64,000 bases of DNA from an uncultured Verrucomicrobiae bacterium (GCA_963769025.1 CAVYKI010000002.1:352001-416000), one strand, 5' to 3'. Numbered from the stretch's first letter, positions 23,805 to 35,774 are shown. Numbers and translations are program-made. The notes: generated from the letters alone by a model not told the origin.

Positions 23805-24677
23805 ATGAAAAACCTCCGCCTCCGCACGTTCACCGTTTTCGCCGTCCTGTTCACGTTCGTCGTCGCCGGGAAAGCCGAGCAGCCCGCGCCCGTGCGCGTC
23901 TTCGTCTGCGCGCACAGCTTCATGATCTTCACGTCCAAGCTGCTCCCCAACATGGCGCAGGCCGCGGGCTTTCCCTACACCGCCGCGGGCCAGCAGATGC
24001 TCGGCGGTTCGCGCGTCATCCAGCACTGGAATCTCCCCGACAACCGGAACCTCGCCAAGGCCGCCCTCCGCGAGGGGAAGGTGGACATCCTCACACTCTC
24101 GCCGCACCGCCAGCTGCCCGATGAAGGCATCGACAACTTCACGAAACTCGGCCTCGAGAAAAACAAGCGCCTCCGCGTCTTCGTGCAGGCCTCATGGCCC
24201 GGCTTTGACGGCGTCTGGACCGGCTTCAAGAATGAGCAGCGCAACGCCGCCACCCTCGACAGCCTCCGCGAAATGCGCCGCGGCTTCCACGAGCTGTGGC
24301 TCACCGGGCTAGAGGCTCAGGTCCGCACATTGAACCAATCCGTCGGCCAGGACACCGTCCACATCGTCCCTGTGTGCGACGCCGTCTTCGCCCTCCGCGA
24401 GCACATCGCGAAAGGCACCGCCCCCGGCCTCACCAAGCAGACCGACCTCTTCTACGACGACATCGGCCACGCCAAGCCCGCTCTCGCCGGCCTCGTCGGC
24501 TACTGCCACTTCGCCGCCATCTCCGGCCGCACCCCCGTCGGCCTCCCCGTCCCCGCGGAGCTGCAAAATCTCCCCCAAGCCGCGGAGCTGAACACCCTGC
24601 TCCAGCACCTTGCCTGGGAAGCCGTCTCCACCTACCCCCTTAGTGGCGTGCAAGCCGCGCCCGCCGCCGCAAAATAG
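23805..24677 (+). CDS. Exported hypothetical protein (SGNH-like)
   Basis: Signal peptide, AHSF block-I-like motif, DDIGH (DxxH). Confidence 0.65.
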   Translation: MKNLRLRTFTVFAVLFTFVVAGKAEQPAPVRVFVCAHSFMIFTSKLLPNMAQAAGFPYTAAGQQMLGGSRVIQHWNLPDNRNLAKAALREGKVDILTLSPHRQLPDEGIDNFTKLGLEKNKRLRVFVQASWPGFDGVWTGFKNEQRNAATLDSLREMRRGFHELWLTGLEAQVRTLNQSVGQDTVHIVPVCDAVFALREHIAKGTAPGLTKQTDLFYDDIGHAKPALAGLVGYCHFAAISGRTPVGLPVPAELQNLPQAAELNTLLQHLAWEAVSTYPLSGVQAAPAAAK

Positions 24678-24736
24678 CCCTGCACAATCGGCGGCGGGGA
24701 TCGGCTTCTTTCAAAACACCCCGACGCTGGGCTAAC

Positions 24737-25108
24737 TCATAATAGAAACTCTTGGACGAAAGTGACCACGAAAGCGGCGAGTCCGGCAAAGAGCCCGATG
24801 ACTGCGGCCCAAAGCAAGGTGAGGAAGGCGCGCGCGCCCCTCGTTTGGAAAAGATAGACTGGCACAACGACGGGCCATGCGAAGAAAACGAAGGAGTCGT
24901 AGTCGTAGCAGAGCTGCCGGCCGCGATTGCGGGCGTCGGACATGACCCACGCCGCTACGATAAAGGGAAAGGCATAGCTCGCCGCGAGGTCCGCCAGCTT
25001 CGGCAGTTCGGCATCATCGGGAACAAGGGCCGATGCAACGCCGACCGCGGCTGCGTAACGCCAGAGCATCAGCGTCGGCGCGTTCATCAGGTGGGACCGT
25101 TTCGCCAT
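24737..25108 (-). CDS. Hypothetical membrane protein
   Basis: About 4 hydrophobic segments; WPVVVPVYLFQTRG pattern; lower GC than neighbours. Confidence 0.55.
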   Translation of the reverse strand: MAKRSHLMNAPTLMLWRYAAAVGVASALVPDDAELPKLADLAASYAFPFIVAAWVMSDARNRGRQLCYDYDSFVFFAWPVVVPVYLFQTRGARAFLTLLWAAVIGLFAGLAAFVVTFVQEFLL

Positions 25109-25312
25109 CCGCGGGATCATGGCGGATCGGCGGGTGAAAAGACGATTGGAAAAATCGCGGCGCTGCGTGATCGGGGCGGATACGGAGCGGGTGCGATTTT
25201 TCCCGAAAGAATGGGAGAAAGTTTCTTGCCGCGGGGAGGCGGGGCGCTAGGGTCCGGCGCTTGTTCCCCTTCCCAGAGAACGTCCCGAATTTAGAAAAAA
25301 CGAAAGGGTAAC

Positions 25313-27885
25313 ATGCAATCGATCCACACCTATAACGTAGTCCCGAAACTGCCGGCCCAGCTCGAACCGCTCCGGCGGCTGGCACTGAACCTCTGGTGGA
25401 CGTGGGAGCCGACGGCGCGGTCGCTGTTCCGGCAGGTGGACCCGGAGATCTGGCATTCGACGAATCACAACCCGGTGCGGCTGCTGCAGCGCTGCCGGCA
25501 GGCGACGCTGGAGGAGATTGCCGGCGAATGATGATTTTCTGAGGGCGATGAAGTCGGTCGTGGCGAAGTTCGACGCATACATGGCGCGGAAGGACACGTG
25601 GGGAAAGACGCGCAAGGAGGCGGTGATGGCGGGGCCGGTGGCGTATTTTTCGGCGGAGTTCGGGTTTCATGAGTCGTTCCCGAATTACTCGGGCGGCCTG
25701 GGCATCCTGTCGGGGGACCATTGCAAGTCGGCGAGCGATCTGGACCTGCCGTTCGTGGCGGTGTCGCTGCTCTACCGGCACGGGTATTTCAAGCAGCAGA
25801 TCAACAAGGAGGGCTGGCAGGAGAATCTGGCGCTGAACCAGAATTTCTCGCATCTCGCGGTGCAGCCGGTGCTGGATGCTGAGAAGAACCACCTGACGAT
25901 CGGGGTGAAGATCCTGGACCGGTGGGTGCGGGTGCGGGTGTGGCAGCTCGCGGTGGGGCGCATCACGCTGTATCTGATGGATACGAATGTGCCGGAGAAT
26001 GCGCCGGAGGATCGGGAGATCACGTCGCAGCTTTACGGCGGGGACCATGAGATGCGGATCAAGCAGGAGATCATCCTGGGCATCGGCGGCGTGCATGCGC
26101 TGAACGCGATCGGCATCAAGCCGTCGGTGTATCATCTCAATGAAGGCCACGCGGCGTTCCTTTCGCTGGAGCGGGTCCGACGGCGGGTGGCGGAGGAGGG
26201 GCTGGATTTTTACGCGGCGCTGCAGAGCACGGCGTCGGGGAATGTGTTCACCACGCACACGCCGGTGCCGGCGGGGAACGATGCGTTCCCGCTGGATCTG
26301 ATGCGGAAGTATTTCGGCGGACTACCCGGCGTCGGTGAAGATCGATTTCGAGACCTTCATGAGCTTCGGCCAGAGCCGGGTGGATCCCTCGGAGCCGTTC
26401 AGCATGACGATTCTGGCGCTGCGCACGAGCCGGCACGCGAATGGCGTCTCGGCGCTGCACGGGCGGGTGTCGCAGGGGCTGTGGCGGGATGTGTGGAGCG
26501 GGGTGCCGCAGGAGGAGGTGCCCATCACGAGCGTGACGAATGGCATCCACACGAAGACGTGGATGGCGCCGGATTTCATCAAGCTGTACGACAAGTATCT
26601 GCCGGGCTGGGAAGAGCATCTCACGGACAAGGATTTCTGGCGCAAGGTGCAGGACATCCCGGACGAGGAACTGTGGGAACTGCACCAGCGGCAGAAGAGG
26701 CGGACGCTGGAGTTCATCCGCGAGCGCACGCGCCAGCAGTGGAAGCGGACCGGGGACACGCCGGACAAGATCCGGTCGATTTCGCGGATGCTGAACCCGG
26801 AAATCCTGACGATCGGCTTTGCGCGGCGCTTTGCGACCTACAAGCGCGCGACGCTGCTTTTCAATGACCGCGAGCGGCTGGCGAAGCTCATGAACAACGT
26901 GGAGCAGCCGGTGCAGTTTGTCTTCGCGGGCAAGGCGCATCCGAAGGACGAGCCGGGGAAGAAGTTCATCCAGGATGTGTACAAGTTCAGCCGGATGCCG
27001 GAGTTTGAAGGACGCATCGTTTTCGTGGAAGACTACGACCACTATGTCGGCCGCCGGCTTTACCAGGGCGTGGATCTTTGGCTGAACAATCCGCGCCGCC
27101 CGCTGGAGGCGAGCGGCACGAGCGGCATGAAGCTGCCGCCGAGCGGTGGCCTGAACCTGAGCGTGCTCGACGGGTGGTGGTGCGAGGCATGCACCGGCAA
27201 GAACGGCTGGGCCATCGGTCCGGAAATCCCCGAGAGCACGATCCCGCCCGACCCGGGTTCGAGGACGATGTGGACGTTCACAGCCTCTTCCACGTGCTGG
27301 AGACGCAGATCCTGCCGCTCTATTACGCGAAGCCGGACGGCCGTCTGCCGCTGGCGTGGATCAACCTGATGCGCGAGTCCATCCGCACGATCGTGCCTGT
27401 CTTCAACACGCACCGCATGGTGAAGGAATACACCGAGCGCCTCTACGATCCCGCCGCTGCGGCGCACGAGACGCTGACCGCGAACGCGTGCAAGAAGGCC
27501 GTGGAGGTCGCGCGCTGGAAGGACAACATCCGGCGCGACTGGCGTCATGTGAAGCTGACGGAAGTCACCATCCACACGGGCAACGGGCCAAACGTCACCG
27601 TCGGCGACGCCGTGGAGGTGAGCGTCCGCGCATCCCTCGGGCCGATCGCACCGGAATTCGTCCGCGTGCAGGCGCTGGTCGGCGAGGCCACCGACGGGGC
27701 GGTCCTGCAGCCGGCGACCATCGACCTCAGGCAGACGGAGAAGCTCGGCAACGGCGCCTTCCGCTTCGTCGGCGCGATTCCGGCGCCGCGAGAGCGGCAG
27801 CTACGGGCTGAATGTGCGCGTCATCCCCACGCACCCGAACCTGATCCAGGAACACGAACTGCGCCTGATCACCTGGGCGCAGTGA
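25313..27885 (+). CDS. glgP: Alpha-glucan (glycogen) phosphorylase; frameshifted
   Basis: LALNLWWTW, YFSAEFG, YSGGLGILSGDH, HLNEGH, FARRFATYKR, AGKAHPKD, EASGTSGMK. Confidence 0.95.
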
Positions 27886-28063
27886 GCGCGCGCCAGGCGC
27901 CGTCCTGTTTGCGGGTTGCGATACGGCGGGATTCCCGCTTCCCTCCGCGTCCCCTGTAAAAGGGAGCCACGGTCCACCCGGCGACCGCGAGCGCGACCGC
28001 GCGTTTGCATCGCACGGCTGGCGTGCTTCCCTTGCACATCAAGCACCCACTCCTTTCCCACGC

Positions 28064-28975
28064 ATGCTGAGCTGCTCCACCTGCTGGAATTCCGGCCGCC
28101 ACACCGATGGCGCCGCGATGCTCCAGGAAATTCTCGAACTCGGTTTCCAGAACGTGGAACTCGGCCATGGCATCCGGCTGACGCTCGTGGAGGGCATCCT
28201 GAAGATGGTCGAGGCGGGCAGCGTCAAAATCACGTCGCTCCACAATTTCTGCCCGCTGCCGCCGGAAATCCCCCGGGCGTCGCCGGACTGCTACCAGATC
28301 AGCTCGCACCTCGAAGGCGAGCGCGACCGCGCGGTGCGCCACAGCTTCAAGACGATTGATTTTGCGAAGCGCGTCGGCGCGAAATTCGTGGTCATGCACC
28401 TCGGCTCGGTGCCCATCGGCGACTACACGCGCGAACTCGTGAAGCTCGCCGAGGAAGGCAAGCACCTCTCGAAGGAATACGTCGCGCTCAAGCTCGAGGC
28501 TGTGCAGCAGCGCGAGGCGAAGCAGGAGAAGCCGTTTTTCCGGATGCTCGAATCCCTGCGCCGCATCGTGGACTACGCGGGGGAGCGCGGCATCAGGCTC
28601 GGCGTCGAGAGCCGCCACAGCTTCGAGGAAATCCCGAGCGAGCGCGAAATGCTCGATGTCCTCGCGCGGATGGATCCTGCCACCGTCGGCTACTGGCACG
28701 ACTTTGGCCACGTGCAGGTGAAGCACAACATCGGCTTCCTCGATCACGTTGAATGGCTCTCGCACGTCGCGCCGCGGCTGCTCGGCTGCCACCTGCACGA
28801 CACGAAATGGCCGGGCCGCGACCATCTCGCGCCGTTCATGGGCGACGTGGAATACGACCGGCTCATCCCGCTTCTGCCAAAGGACACGCTGTACGTTTTC
28901 GAAATGAGCCCGCGCCGGACGAAGGAGGAGATCACCACGTCGCTCGCGCAGTGGAAGGAACGTTTCGGGGAATGA
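28064..28975 (+). CDS. Sugar phosphate isomerase/epimerase (TIM barrel)
   Basis: VELGH, SLHNFCP, VMHLG, GVESR, WHDFGH, HLHD, FEM metal ligands. Confidence 0.85.
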   Translation: MLSCSTCWNSGRHTDGAAMLQEILELGFQNVELGHGIRLTLVEGILKMVEAGSVKITSLHNFCPLPPEIPRASPDCYQISSHLEGERDRAVRHSFKTIDFAKRVGAKFVVMHLGSVPIGDYTRELVKLAEEGKHLSKEYVALKLEAVQQREAKQEKPFFRMLESLRRIVDYAGERGIRLGVESRHSFEEIPSEREMLDVLARMDPATVGYWHDFGHVQVKHNIGFLDHVEWLSHVAPRLLGCHLHDTKWPGRDHLAPFMGDVEYDRLIPLLPKDTLYVFEMSPRRTKEEITTSLAQWKERFGE

Positions 28976-29002
28976 ACGCCCGCGATTGAGCGCCCTGCGG
29001 CC

Positions 29003-29997
29003 ATGAAAAAATTCCTCCTCGCGTTCTTTCAGCTCGGCGTGACCGTGCTGCTGCTGTGGTGGGTTTTCCATGATCCGGAAAAGCGCCAGGCGCTGAATGA
29101 CGCGCTCCTGCCTGGCCAACTGGTGGTGGCTCGCCGCAGGCGTGGCGGCGTACGGGCTCTTCGAGATTCTCGCCGGCATCCGCTGGCAGATCCTGCTGCG
29201 CGTGCAGGGCATCCATCTTTCATGGTGGCGGCTCTACGGGCTGCTGATGGTCGGCCTTTTCTTCAGCCTTTTCATCCCCGGCGGCACCGGCGGCGACATC
29301 ATCAAAGGCTACTACCTGCTGAAGGAGGCGCCGGTCGGCCAGAAGACATCGGCGGCGCTGAGCGTGGTGATGGACCGCCTGCTCGGTCTCATCGGCGTCG
29401 GCGTGCTCACCGTCGTGGTCACCTCGCTGCGATGGGACTGGCTCACCAGCGAGCCCATCACGAGGAATTGCGTGTACACCGTCCTCGCCGTGCTTGCCGT
29501 GAGCGTGTCCGGCATCCTGCTCGCCGGCCTCGTGTCGAGCCTCCGCCTCGTGCATGCGCTGCCGGAGAAAATGCCGGGCCGGAATTTCCTCGCGAGCGTC
29601 TCGGGCGCCTACGCGCTCTACGCCCGTGCCTGGTTCCCGACGCTGTGCGCCATCATCATTTCCATCCTCGCCCACACCGCGCATTACGCGACCTTCTGGT
29701 GTGCGACGCAAGTCCATCGACCATTCCGGCCCGCGCAAGCCGTCCGCAGTCGAACTCTTCTCCGCACTCCCCGTGATCGAGGGCGTCGCCGCGCTGCCGC
29801 TCACGCCCGGCGGACTCGGCACCCGCGAAAAGCTGTTCGATAACATGCTCACTCCGCTCGCCGATTTGGACAAAGGCGTCGCCCCGGCCATCTCCGTGCT
29901 CGGTTATCTCTGCATCGCGTTTTGGGGGCTGGTCGGCGGAATGTTCTACCTCTTCTACCGACCGAGCGCGCAGCGAGCGGCAGGCGATCCGCGCTGA
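29003..29997 (+). CDS. Lysylphosphatidylglycerol synthase TM / flippase-like membrane protein (frameshifted)
   Basis: RWQILL, FFSLFIPGGTGGDIIK, SVVMDRLLG, LPLTPGGLGTRE. Confidence 0.85.
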
Positions 29998-30033
29998 GGC
30001 CGAGGCGCAGCTCACGGGCACCCATTTCGGCTC

Positions 30034-30726
30034 ATGAGCGGCGGAAACCCGAAGCTGCCGCGTCCGTTCGTCACGGCGAATTTCGCCGTCACCGCGGATG
30101 GCCGCATCAGCACGCGCAACTTCACGCCGAGCGATTTCTCCTCAAAGCGCGACAAGCGCCGTCTCGTGAAAATCCGCGCCGGCTGCGACGCGGTCCTCGT
30201 CGGTGCGCGCACGCTCGCCTCCGACACGATGACGCTTGGCATTCCCGGGATCCGCGGCAAGGCGCCGCTGCGCGTCATCGTCAGCAACAGCGGGCGCATC
30301 GCGCCAGCGCTGCGCGTCTTTCAGAGCGCGGGCGCGCCCATCGTCATCTTCACGACGAAAAAAATGCCCGCCGCCGCGCGCGACGCACTCGAAGGCGTCG
30401 CGGACATATTCTTCCATCCCACGCCGACCGTGGATCTCGCGCTCGCCCTCGCGATTCTCCGAGCGGACTACGGCGTGAAGCGGCTCGTGTGCGAGGGCGG
30501 CGGAACGCTCCTTCGCTCCTTTGCCGCAGCCGATCTGCTCGACGAGCTGCACCTCACGCTCTGCCCGTTCATCTTCGGTGGTCGCGGCGCGCCGACGCTC
30601 ACGGGCCTGCCGGGAACATTCCTGCCCATGAGCACCCAATTGCGTCTCGTGGAGATGCGCAGCGCAGGCGGTGAGTGCTTCACCCGCTGGCGTGTCATCC
30701 GCGGCAGGAAGCCCGCTGCAAAATGA
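30034..30726 (+). CDS. RibD C-terminal-type reductase (dihydrofolate reductase-like)
   Basis: PFVTANFAVTADGRI, DAVLVGART, LVCEGGGTL, DELHLTLCP. Confidence 0.85.
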   Translation: MSGGNPKLPRPFVTANFAVTADGRISTRNFTPSDFSSKRDKRRLVKIRAGCDAVLVGARTLASDTMTLGIPGIRGKAPLRVIVSNSGRIAPALRVFQSAGAPIVIFTTKKMPAAARDALEGVADIFFHPTPTVDLALALAILRADYGVKRLVCEGGGTLLRSFAAADLLDELHLTLCPFIFGGRGAPTLTGLPGTFLPMSTQLRLVEMRSAGGECFTRWRVIRGRKPAAK

Positions 30727-32009
30727 CCGCCGCCCGAATCACGATGCCCGCTTCCGACAACCTCCAGCCACGCCGTCGCGCCGTCATCACCGGCATCGGC
30801 CCCATTGCCGCGTGCGGCATCGGTCTCGAGGCGTTCTGGAATTCCATCCGCGAGGGTCGCAGCGGCATCGCACCCGTCACGGCGTTCGACGCGTCCGTCT
30901 TCCGCGCCCGGAACGCCGGCGAAGTCCGCGACTGGGATCCCGCGCCATTCTTCCCGCCGCACCGGCTGAAGCGGCTCGACCGTTACGCGCAATTCGCCGT
31001 CGCCTCCGCGCTGCTCGCGCTCGAGGACGCGCGGCTGCCGTGGAGCCGCGAGAAACCCGACCCGCGGCGCGGCGTGAGCTTTGGCACCGCGCTCGGCGGC
31101 ATCTCAAATGCCGAGGCGGAGCACGCGCGCTTTTTGAAAAAGGGCCCGCGCGGCGTGAGCCAGACTCTCGCGCTCCAAGTCTTCGGCGGCAGCGCGCACA
31201 GCAACATCGCGATCGAGTGCGGCTTCCGCGGTCCCGGCAACACGTACTCGAATTCCTGCGCGAGCGGATCCGTGGCGGTCGGCGAGGCGCTGCGTTACAT
31301 CCGCGACGGCATGGCGGACGTGATCATCGCCGGCGGCGCGGAGGCGCCGCTGTGTCCGCTCACGTTCGTGGCGTTCGATTTCATCAAGACCATGAGCCGC
31401 TGGCAGGGCGAACCGGCTGCGTTCGCCTGCCGGCCGTTCGACAAGGATCGCGACGGATTCGTGATGGGCGAGGGGGCCTGTTCGCTCGTGATCGAGGAAT
31501 ACGGACACGCCGTGCGCCGCGGCGCGCGCATCTACGCCGAGGTGCTCGGCTACGCGCTGAACAACGACGCCTTTCACATGACCAGCCCGCTGCCGAGCGG
31601 CGAATGCGTCATCGCCTGCATGAGGGCCGCGCTCGCCGACGCCCGGGTGGAACCGTGTGACATCGGCTACATCAACGCACACGCGAGCAGCACGCAGCTC
31701 AACGACGCGAACGAAGTGATGTGCATCCGCACCGTCTTCGGCGAAACCCCGCCGCCCGTCAGCGGGACAAAGCCTTTCACCGCGCACCCGCTCGGCGCGA
31801 CCTCGGCGATGGAGACTGCGATCTGCGCCCTCGCGCTCAGGGACCAGTGGCTGCCGCCGACGTTGCATCACCGCACGCCCGACCCGGCCTGCGACGCGGA
31901 CATCGTGCCGAATGCCGGACGCGCCCACGCCCTCCGCCACGCGATGAACAACGCGTTCGGCTTTGGCGGCGTGAATTCGTCGCTCGTGCTCGGTCTCGTC
32001 GAGAGCTGA
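30723..32009 (+). CDS. fabF: Beta-ketoacyl-ACP synthase II family protein
   Basis: VITGIG, NSCASG (Cys), RPFDKDRDGFVMGEG, NAHASST, TAHPLGA, NNAFGFGG. Confidence 0.85.
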   Translation: MTAARITMPASDNLQPRRRAVITGIGPIAACGIGLEAFWNSIREGRSGIAPVTAFDASVFRARNAGEVRDWDPAPFFPPHRLKRLDRYAQFAVASALLALEDARLPWSREKPDPRRGVSFGTALGGISNAEAEHARFLKKGPRGVSQTLALQVFGGSAHSNIAIECGFRGPGNTYSNSCASGSVAVGEALRYIRDGMADVIIAGGAEAPLCPLTFVAFDFIKTMSRWQGEPAAFACRPFDKDRDGFVMGEGACSLVIEEYGHAVRRGARIYAEVLGYALNNDAFHMTSPLPSGECVIACMRAALADARVEPCDIGYINAHASSTQLNDANEVMCIRTVFGETPPPVSGTKPFTAHPLGATSAMETAICALALRDQWLPPTLHHRTPDPACDADIVPNAGRAHALRHAMNNAFGFGGVNSSLVLGLVES

Positions 32010-32080
32010 GGCGGGCGGAAACTTTCTCGCCCTGCGCGCGGGAATGGGTTGTCCTCGCGTGCCCAGCCCCGCATTCCCCC

Positions 32081-32992
32081 ATGAATCCGAACATGTCCGT
32101 CTCCCGTCGTGAATTTGCGAAGCAGTCCGCGCTTGCCGCTGCCGCGCTCGCTGCCAGCGTAACGCCCCTCGCCGCCGCACCCGTGAATCCTTGGAAAATC
32201 ATCGCATTCAGCAAGCCGTTTGACCGTTCGAGCCCGGACGAAACCGCCGACATCGTCGCGGAGGTCGGATGGGACGGCATCGAGTGCGCCGTGCGCGCGA
32301 AGTCCGGTCACATCGCGCCCGAACGCGTGGAGGAGGATCTGCCGAAGATGGTCGAGGCGCTGAAGAAGCGCGGGAAGACCGTGGAGATCGTCACGACGGA
32401 AATCACGAAGCTCGATCCCCTCGCCGAGAAGATCCTGCGCACCTGCGCGAAGCTCGGCATCAAGAAATACCGCTTCGGATTTACGAAATACGCGAAGGAC
32501 AAACCGATCGAGGAAACGGTGCGCGAGCAGGGTGCGGCGCTGAAGGATCTCGCGGCATTGAACCGTGAGATCGGCGTGCAGGGCGGCTGGCAGAATCACT
32601 CGGGCGTGGATTACGTCGGCGCGCCGATCTGGGATCTGTGGACGATGCTGCGCGACCTCGATCCAAAGCACATCGGCGTGTGCTTTGACATCGGCCACGC
32701 GACGCTGGAAGGCGGCCTGTCCTGGCCGATCCAGGCACGGCTCATGGAGCCGTGGTACGTCGCCGTGTTCCTGAAGGATTTCGAATGGCAGAAGATCGAG
32801 AGCGGCTGGAAGCCGGCGTGGTGCCACTTCGGCGAGGGTGCCGTGCAGCGGAGTTTCCTGACGAACCTCAAGGCCGGCAAGTTTGCCGGCCCGCTCTGCC
32901 AGCATCACGAATACAAGACCCTCGGCACCGGCGCGGAAATGATCGCCAACATGAAGAAGGATCTCGCGAAGCTGCGCGAGTGGCTGGCGTAG
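32081..32992 (+). CDS. Tat-exported sugar phosphate isomerase/epimerase
   Basis: SRREF twin-arginine signal; FSKPF, QNHSG, FDIGHAT, KDF, HHEY. Confidence 0.85.
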   Translation: MNPNMSVSRREFAKQSALAAAALAASVTPLAAAPVNPWKIIAFSKPFDRSSPDETADIVAEVGWDGIECAVRAKSGHIAPERVEEDLPKMVEALKKRGKTVEIVTTEITKLDPLAEKILRTCAKLGIKKYRFGFTKYAKDKPIEETVREQGAALKDLAALNREIGVQGGWQNHSGVDYVGAPIWDLWTMLRDLDPKHIGVCFDIGHATLEGGLSWPIQARLMEPWYVAVFLKDFEWQKIESGWKPAWCHFGEGAVQRSFLTNLKAGKFAGPLCQHHEYKTLGTGAEMIANMKKDLAKLREWLA

Positions 32993-33072
32993 GTTTTTGG
33001 GTGTGCCGTCCGGCCGTGCCGTTTTTCCGCATTCGCAATTGCTCCGCGTAAGACGCGGACACTCCGCTCTCC

Positions 33073-34360
33073 ATGGAACCAACCATCAAAATCGCCCTCG
33101 TCGGCGCCGGCATGTTCGGCGGCGACGTCCACCTCCGCGCCTACGCAGACCTCCAGCGCTTCGGCATCGCCGGACAGCTCGCGCGCGTCGGGCTCGACAA
33201 GTTCAACCGCGACCTCGCACCGGTAAAGTTCGACCTCGTCGCCGTTGCCACACGCTCGCAGAAATCCGCGGAGAAATCCGCTGCGGCGTTTGCAAGGAAT
33301 GGACCGGCCATTCGCCCAAGTGCTACTCCGGCGACGAGCCATGGAATGACATCCTGCGCGACTTTCCCGATCTCGACGTGCTCGCCGTGGCCACGCCGGA
33401 TCATCTGCACACGCAGCCGATCCTCGCCGCGCTCGCGAAGGGCGTGCATGTGCTCACTGAAAAGCCGATGTGCCTCACGACCAGCGAGGCGGATCAGATC
33501 ATCGAGGCGGCGCGGGCGAAGAACTGCATCGTCGCCGTGGACATGCACAAGCGGTATGACCCCGATCACCTGCGCATCCGCGACGACATCCAGAACCGCA
33601 TCGGCGCGCCGCTCTACGGCACGGCTTATCTCGAGGAGCCGCTGGAGGTGAGCACGAGCACGTTCAAGTGGGTCGAGTCGTCCGACCCATTCAGCTACGT
33701 CGGCCCGCACTGGACGGATCTGATTTTCTCCTACTACAAGTCGCAAGCCCGTCTCGCTCACCGCCGTCGGCCAGAAGAAGCGCCTCGTGCGCGACGGCAT
33801 CAATGCCTACGACGCCGTGCAGGTGCGCGTGGATTTCGACAACGGAATGAGCATCAACTTCCACAACAACTGGATCACGCCGCCCGACTTCGAGGGGCCG
33901 GTGAACCAGGGCCACGAGATCGTCGGCGCCGATGGAAAGGTGGAGAGCGACCAGCAATACCGCGGCTTCCGCTGGTGGAACAATGGCGGCGGCTCGCGCA
34001 CGAGCAACAACCACTTCACCCGCGACGTGCTCCGCGCCGACGGCACGAAGGCCTACGTCGGCTACGGCGTGGACAGCCTCACCGTCGGCCTCGTGGCGAT
34101 CTGCCGCGTGAAATTTGCCGGCGAAACGCGCGACGCCGTGGCGAGCCTGTATCCGACCGCCGAGGAAGCGCGCATCACCTGCGCCATCGTGGATGCGGCG
34201 GCGAAGGTGCGCGACTTGAACTTCAAATACATGGCTGAGGGCAAAGGCGCGACGGTCACGGCGCGCTTCGGCAAGGACGGAATCACGATCGTGCGATCCG
34301 AACCGCGCAGGCGAAGGCGCGGCGAAGGTGTTCCAGAACATTTACGCCGAGCCGATCTGA
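33073..34360 (+). CDS. Gfo/Idh/MocA-family oxidoreductase (frameshifted)
   Basis: LVGAGMFG, VATPDHLH, VLTEKPM, DMHKRYDP. Confidence 0.85.
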
Positions 34361-34367
34361 AACCGGC

Positions 34368-35666
34368 TCACTTCACGATCTCGCCGACGAGCAGGATGGC
34401 GCCGGGGTAGAATGCGGTGCCCTCAAAGCGCTCGGGCTTGTCCATCGTGTTGTTCCGCTGTGCGAGGATCTTCGCCTTGTCGGGCTGCTCGGGATGAATT
34501 TCGATCTTCACCGTGTGGATTTCGTCCGCGAGTCCGTCGCCGATGAGCATCGTGGAGAGGCGATGGGAGGTGCAGTACGAGTCAAAGCGCGGGACGATCT
34601 TTGCGGGCCGCTCGTCGAGCGTGACGATGACCTGGCCGCAGTCGGGCCCGACGATGTCGTAGATGCCCGCGCGGGTGCCCTTGAATTTGAAGGTGATCGT
34701 TTCGCCGGGCTGCGAGCCCTTGTGCAGCGAAGTCATGCGATTCGCCCAGCGCTTGCCGAAGACATCCTTCCGCGGGTCGAGATGCGTGAAGCCCTTGGAA
34801 AGCGTCGCCGCGGAGATCGGCACGAGTTTCGCAGCCTCGTAGTTCGTCGCGATGAATGGCGCGGGGAGCGTGTGAGCTCCGGGCGATTTCGAGGCTTTGG
34901 TGATCGACTCCATCGAGCGCACGATGGCCTGCAGGTAAAGTTCGTGGCCGGTTTCCACGTGCGGATGCACGGTGTCGGGCGCGAAGACGAACTTGTCGCC
35001 GAGCGCCTTCTTCTCGTCGTCGGTCTTCGGCAGCGGTGCCTTCCACACGAGCCGGCCTTCCTTGGCGAGCTTCGCGACTTCCATCGCCATGTGGATCGTC
35101 GGGATGCCGTAGTGGTCCGCGATCTTCTCCATCGCGCTCGCGGAGCGCTGGAACTTTCCGTCCAGCATCGCTGGCGAGTGCGCCTCGGTGAGCGTGTAGA
35201 CAAAGCAGATGTCGCATTCCGGCAGCGCGCGCCACGTCTGCCGCACGATGCCCTCCATGCAGCGGAAAATCTGTTCGGGCGAAGCGCCGCCGTCATTCGT
35301 CGCGAACTCCACGAACATCAGGTCCGGCTTCTTATCGAGCACGTCCTGCCGCAGTCGGAAGACGCCGAGGTCCGAGCCCGTCCCGCCGATGGCCGCGTTG
35401 ATCTCGCTGAACTTCGCCTTTGGAAACGCCTTCTGAAAATGCGCGAGCGACTTCGGCCGCCAGCCCGGCTGCGCGGTGATCGATCCGCCGAAGTACGCGA
35501 TGTGGACCTCCGCGCCCGGCGTGTTCGCCTTCGCGAGGAAATTCGGGAGCCCCGCGCGCGGGCTGCATTCCTGCGCGGGCGAAAGCGGGAAGTCGGCATC
35601 CGCGCCACGGGCGGCGCAAAGTGCGAGGATGAGGGAGACGAACGTGGAGCGGAGCAGGGAGTTCAT
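34368..35666 (-). CDS. Exported SGNH/GDSL hydrolase
   Basis: Signal peptide, YFGGSIT, AIGGTGS, EFATND, DTVHP. Confidence 0.85.
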   Translation of the reverse strand: MNSLLRSTFVSLILALCAARGADADFPLSPAQECSPRAGLPNFLAKANTPGAEVHIAYFGGSITAQPGWRPKSLAHFQKAFPKAKFSEINAAIGGTGSDLGVFRLRQDVLDKKPDLMFVEFATNDGGASPEQIFRCMEGIVRQTWRALPECDICFVYTLTEAHSPAMLDGKFQRSASAMEKIADHYGIPTIHMAMEVAKLAKEGRLVWKAPLPKTDDEKKALGDKFVFAPDTVHPHVETGHELYLQAIVRSMESITKASKSPGAHTLPAPFIATNYEAAKLVPISAATLSKGFTHLDPRKDVFGKRWANRMTSLHKGSQPGETITFKFKGTRAGIYDIVGPDCGQVIVTLDERPAKIVPRFDSYCTSHRLSTMLIGDGLADEIHTVKIEIHPEQPDKAKILAQRNNTMDKPERFEGTAFYPGAILLVGEIVK

Positions 35667-35774
35667 GGATGCGTTTGGACGAACCGGCCTGTATCGAATC
35701 CTCCCCGCAAACGCCAGCAGCTTGCCGTCCACGTCGCACGCCGGGACGATGCGGAATTCGCGGCGCGGAGTGTT

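Noticed and set aside
30723..32009. Lone ketosynthase as part of a polyketide cluster
   Set aside because: No ACP, chain-length factor or tailoring genes adjacent; Cys-His-His triad of a FabF paralog
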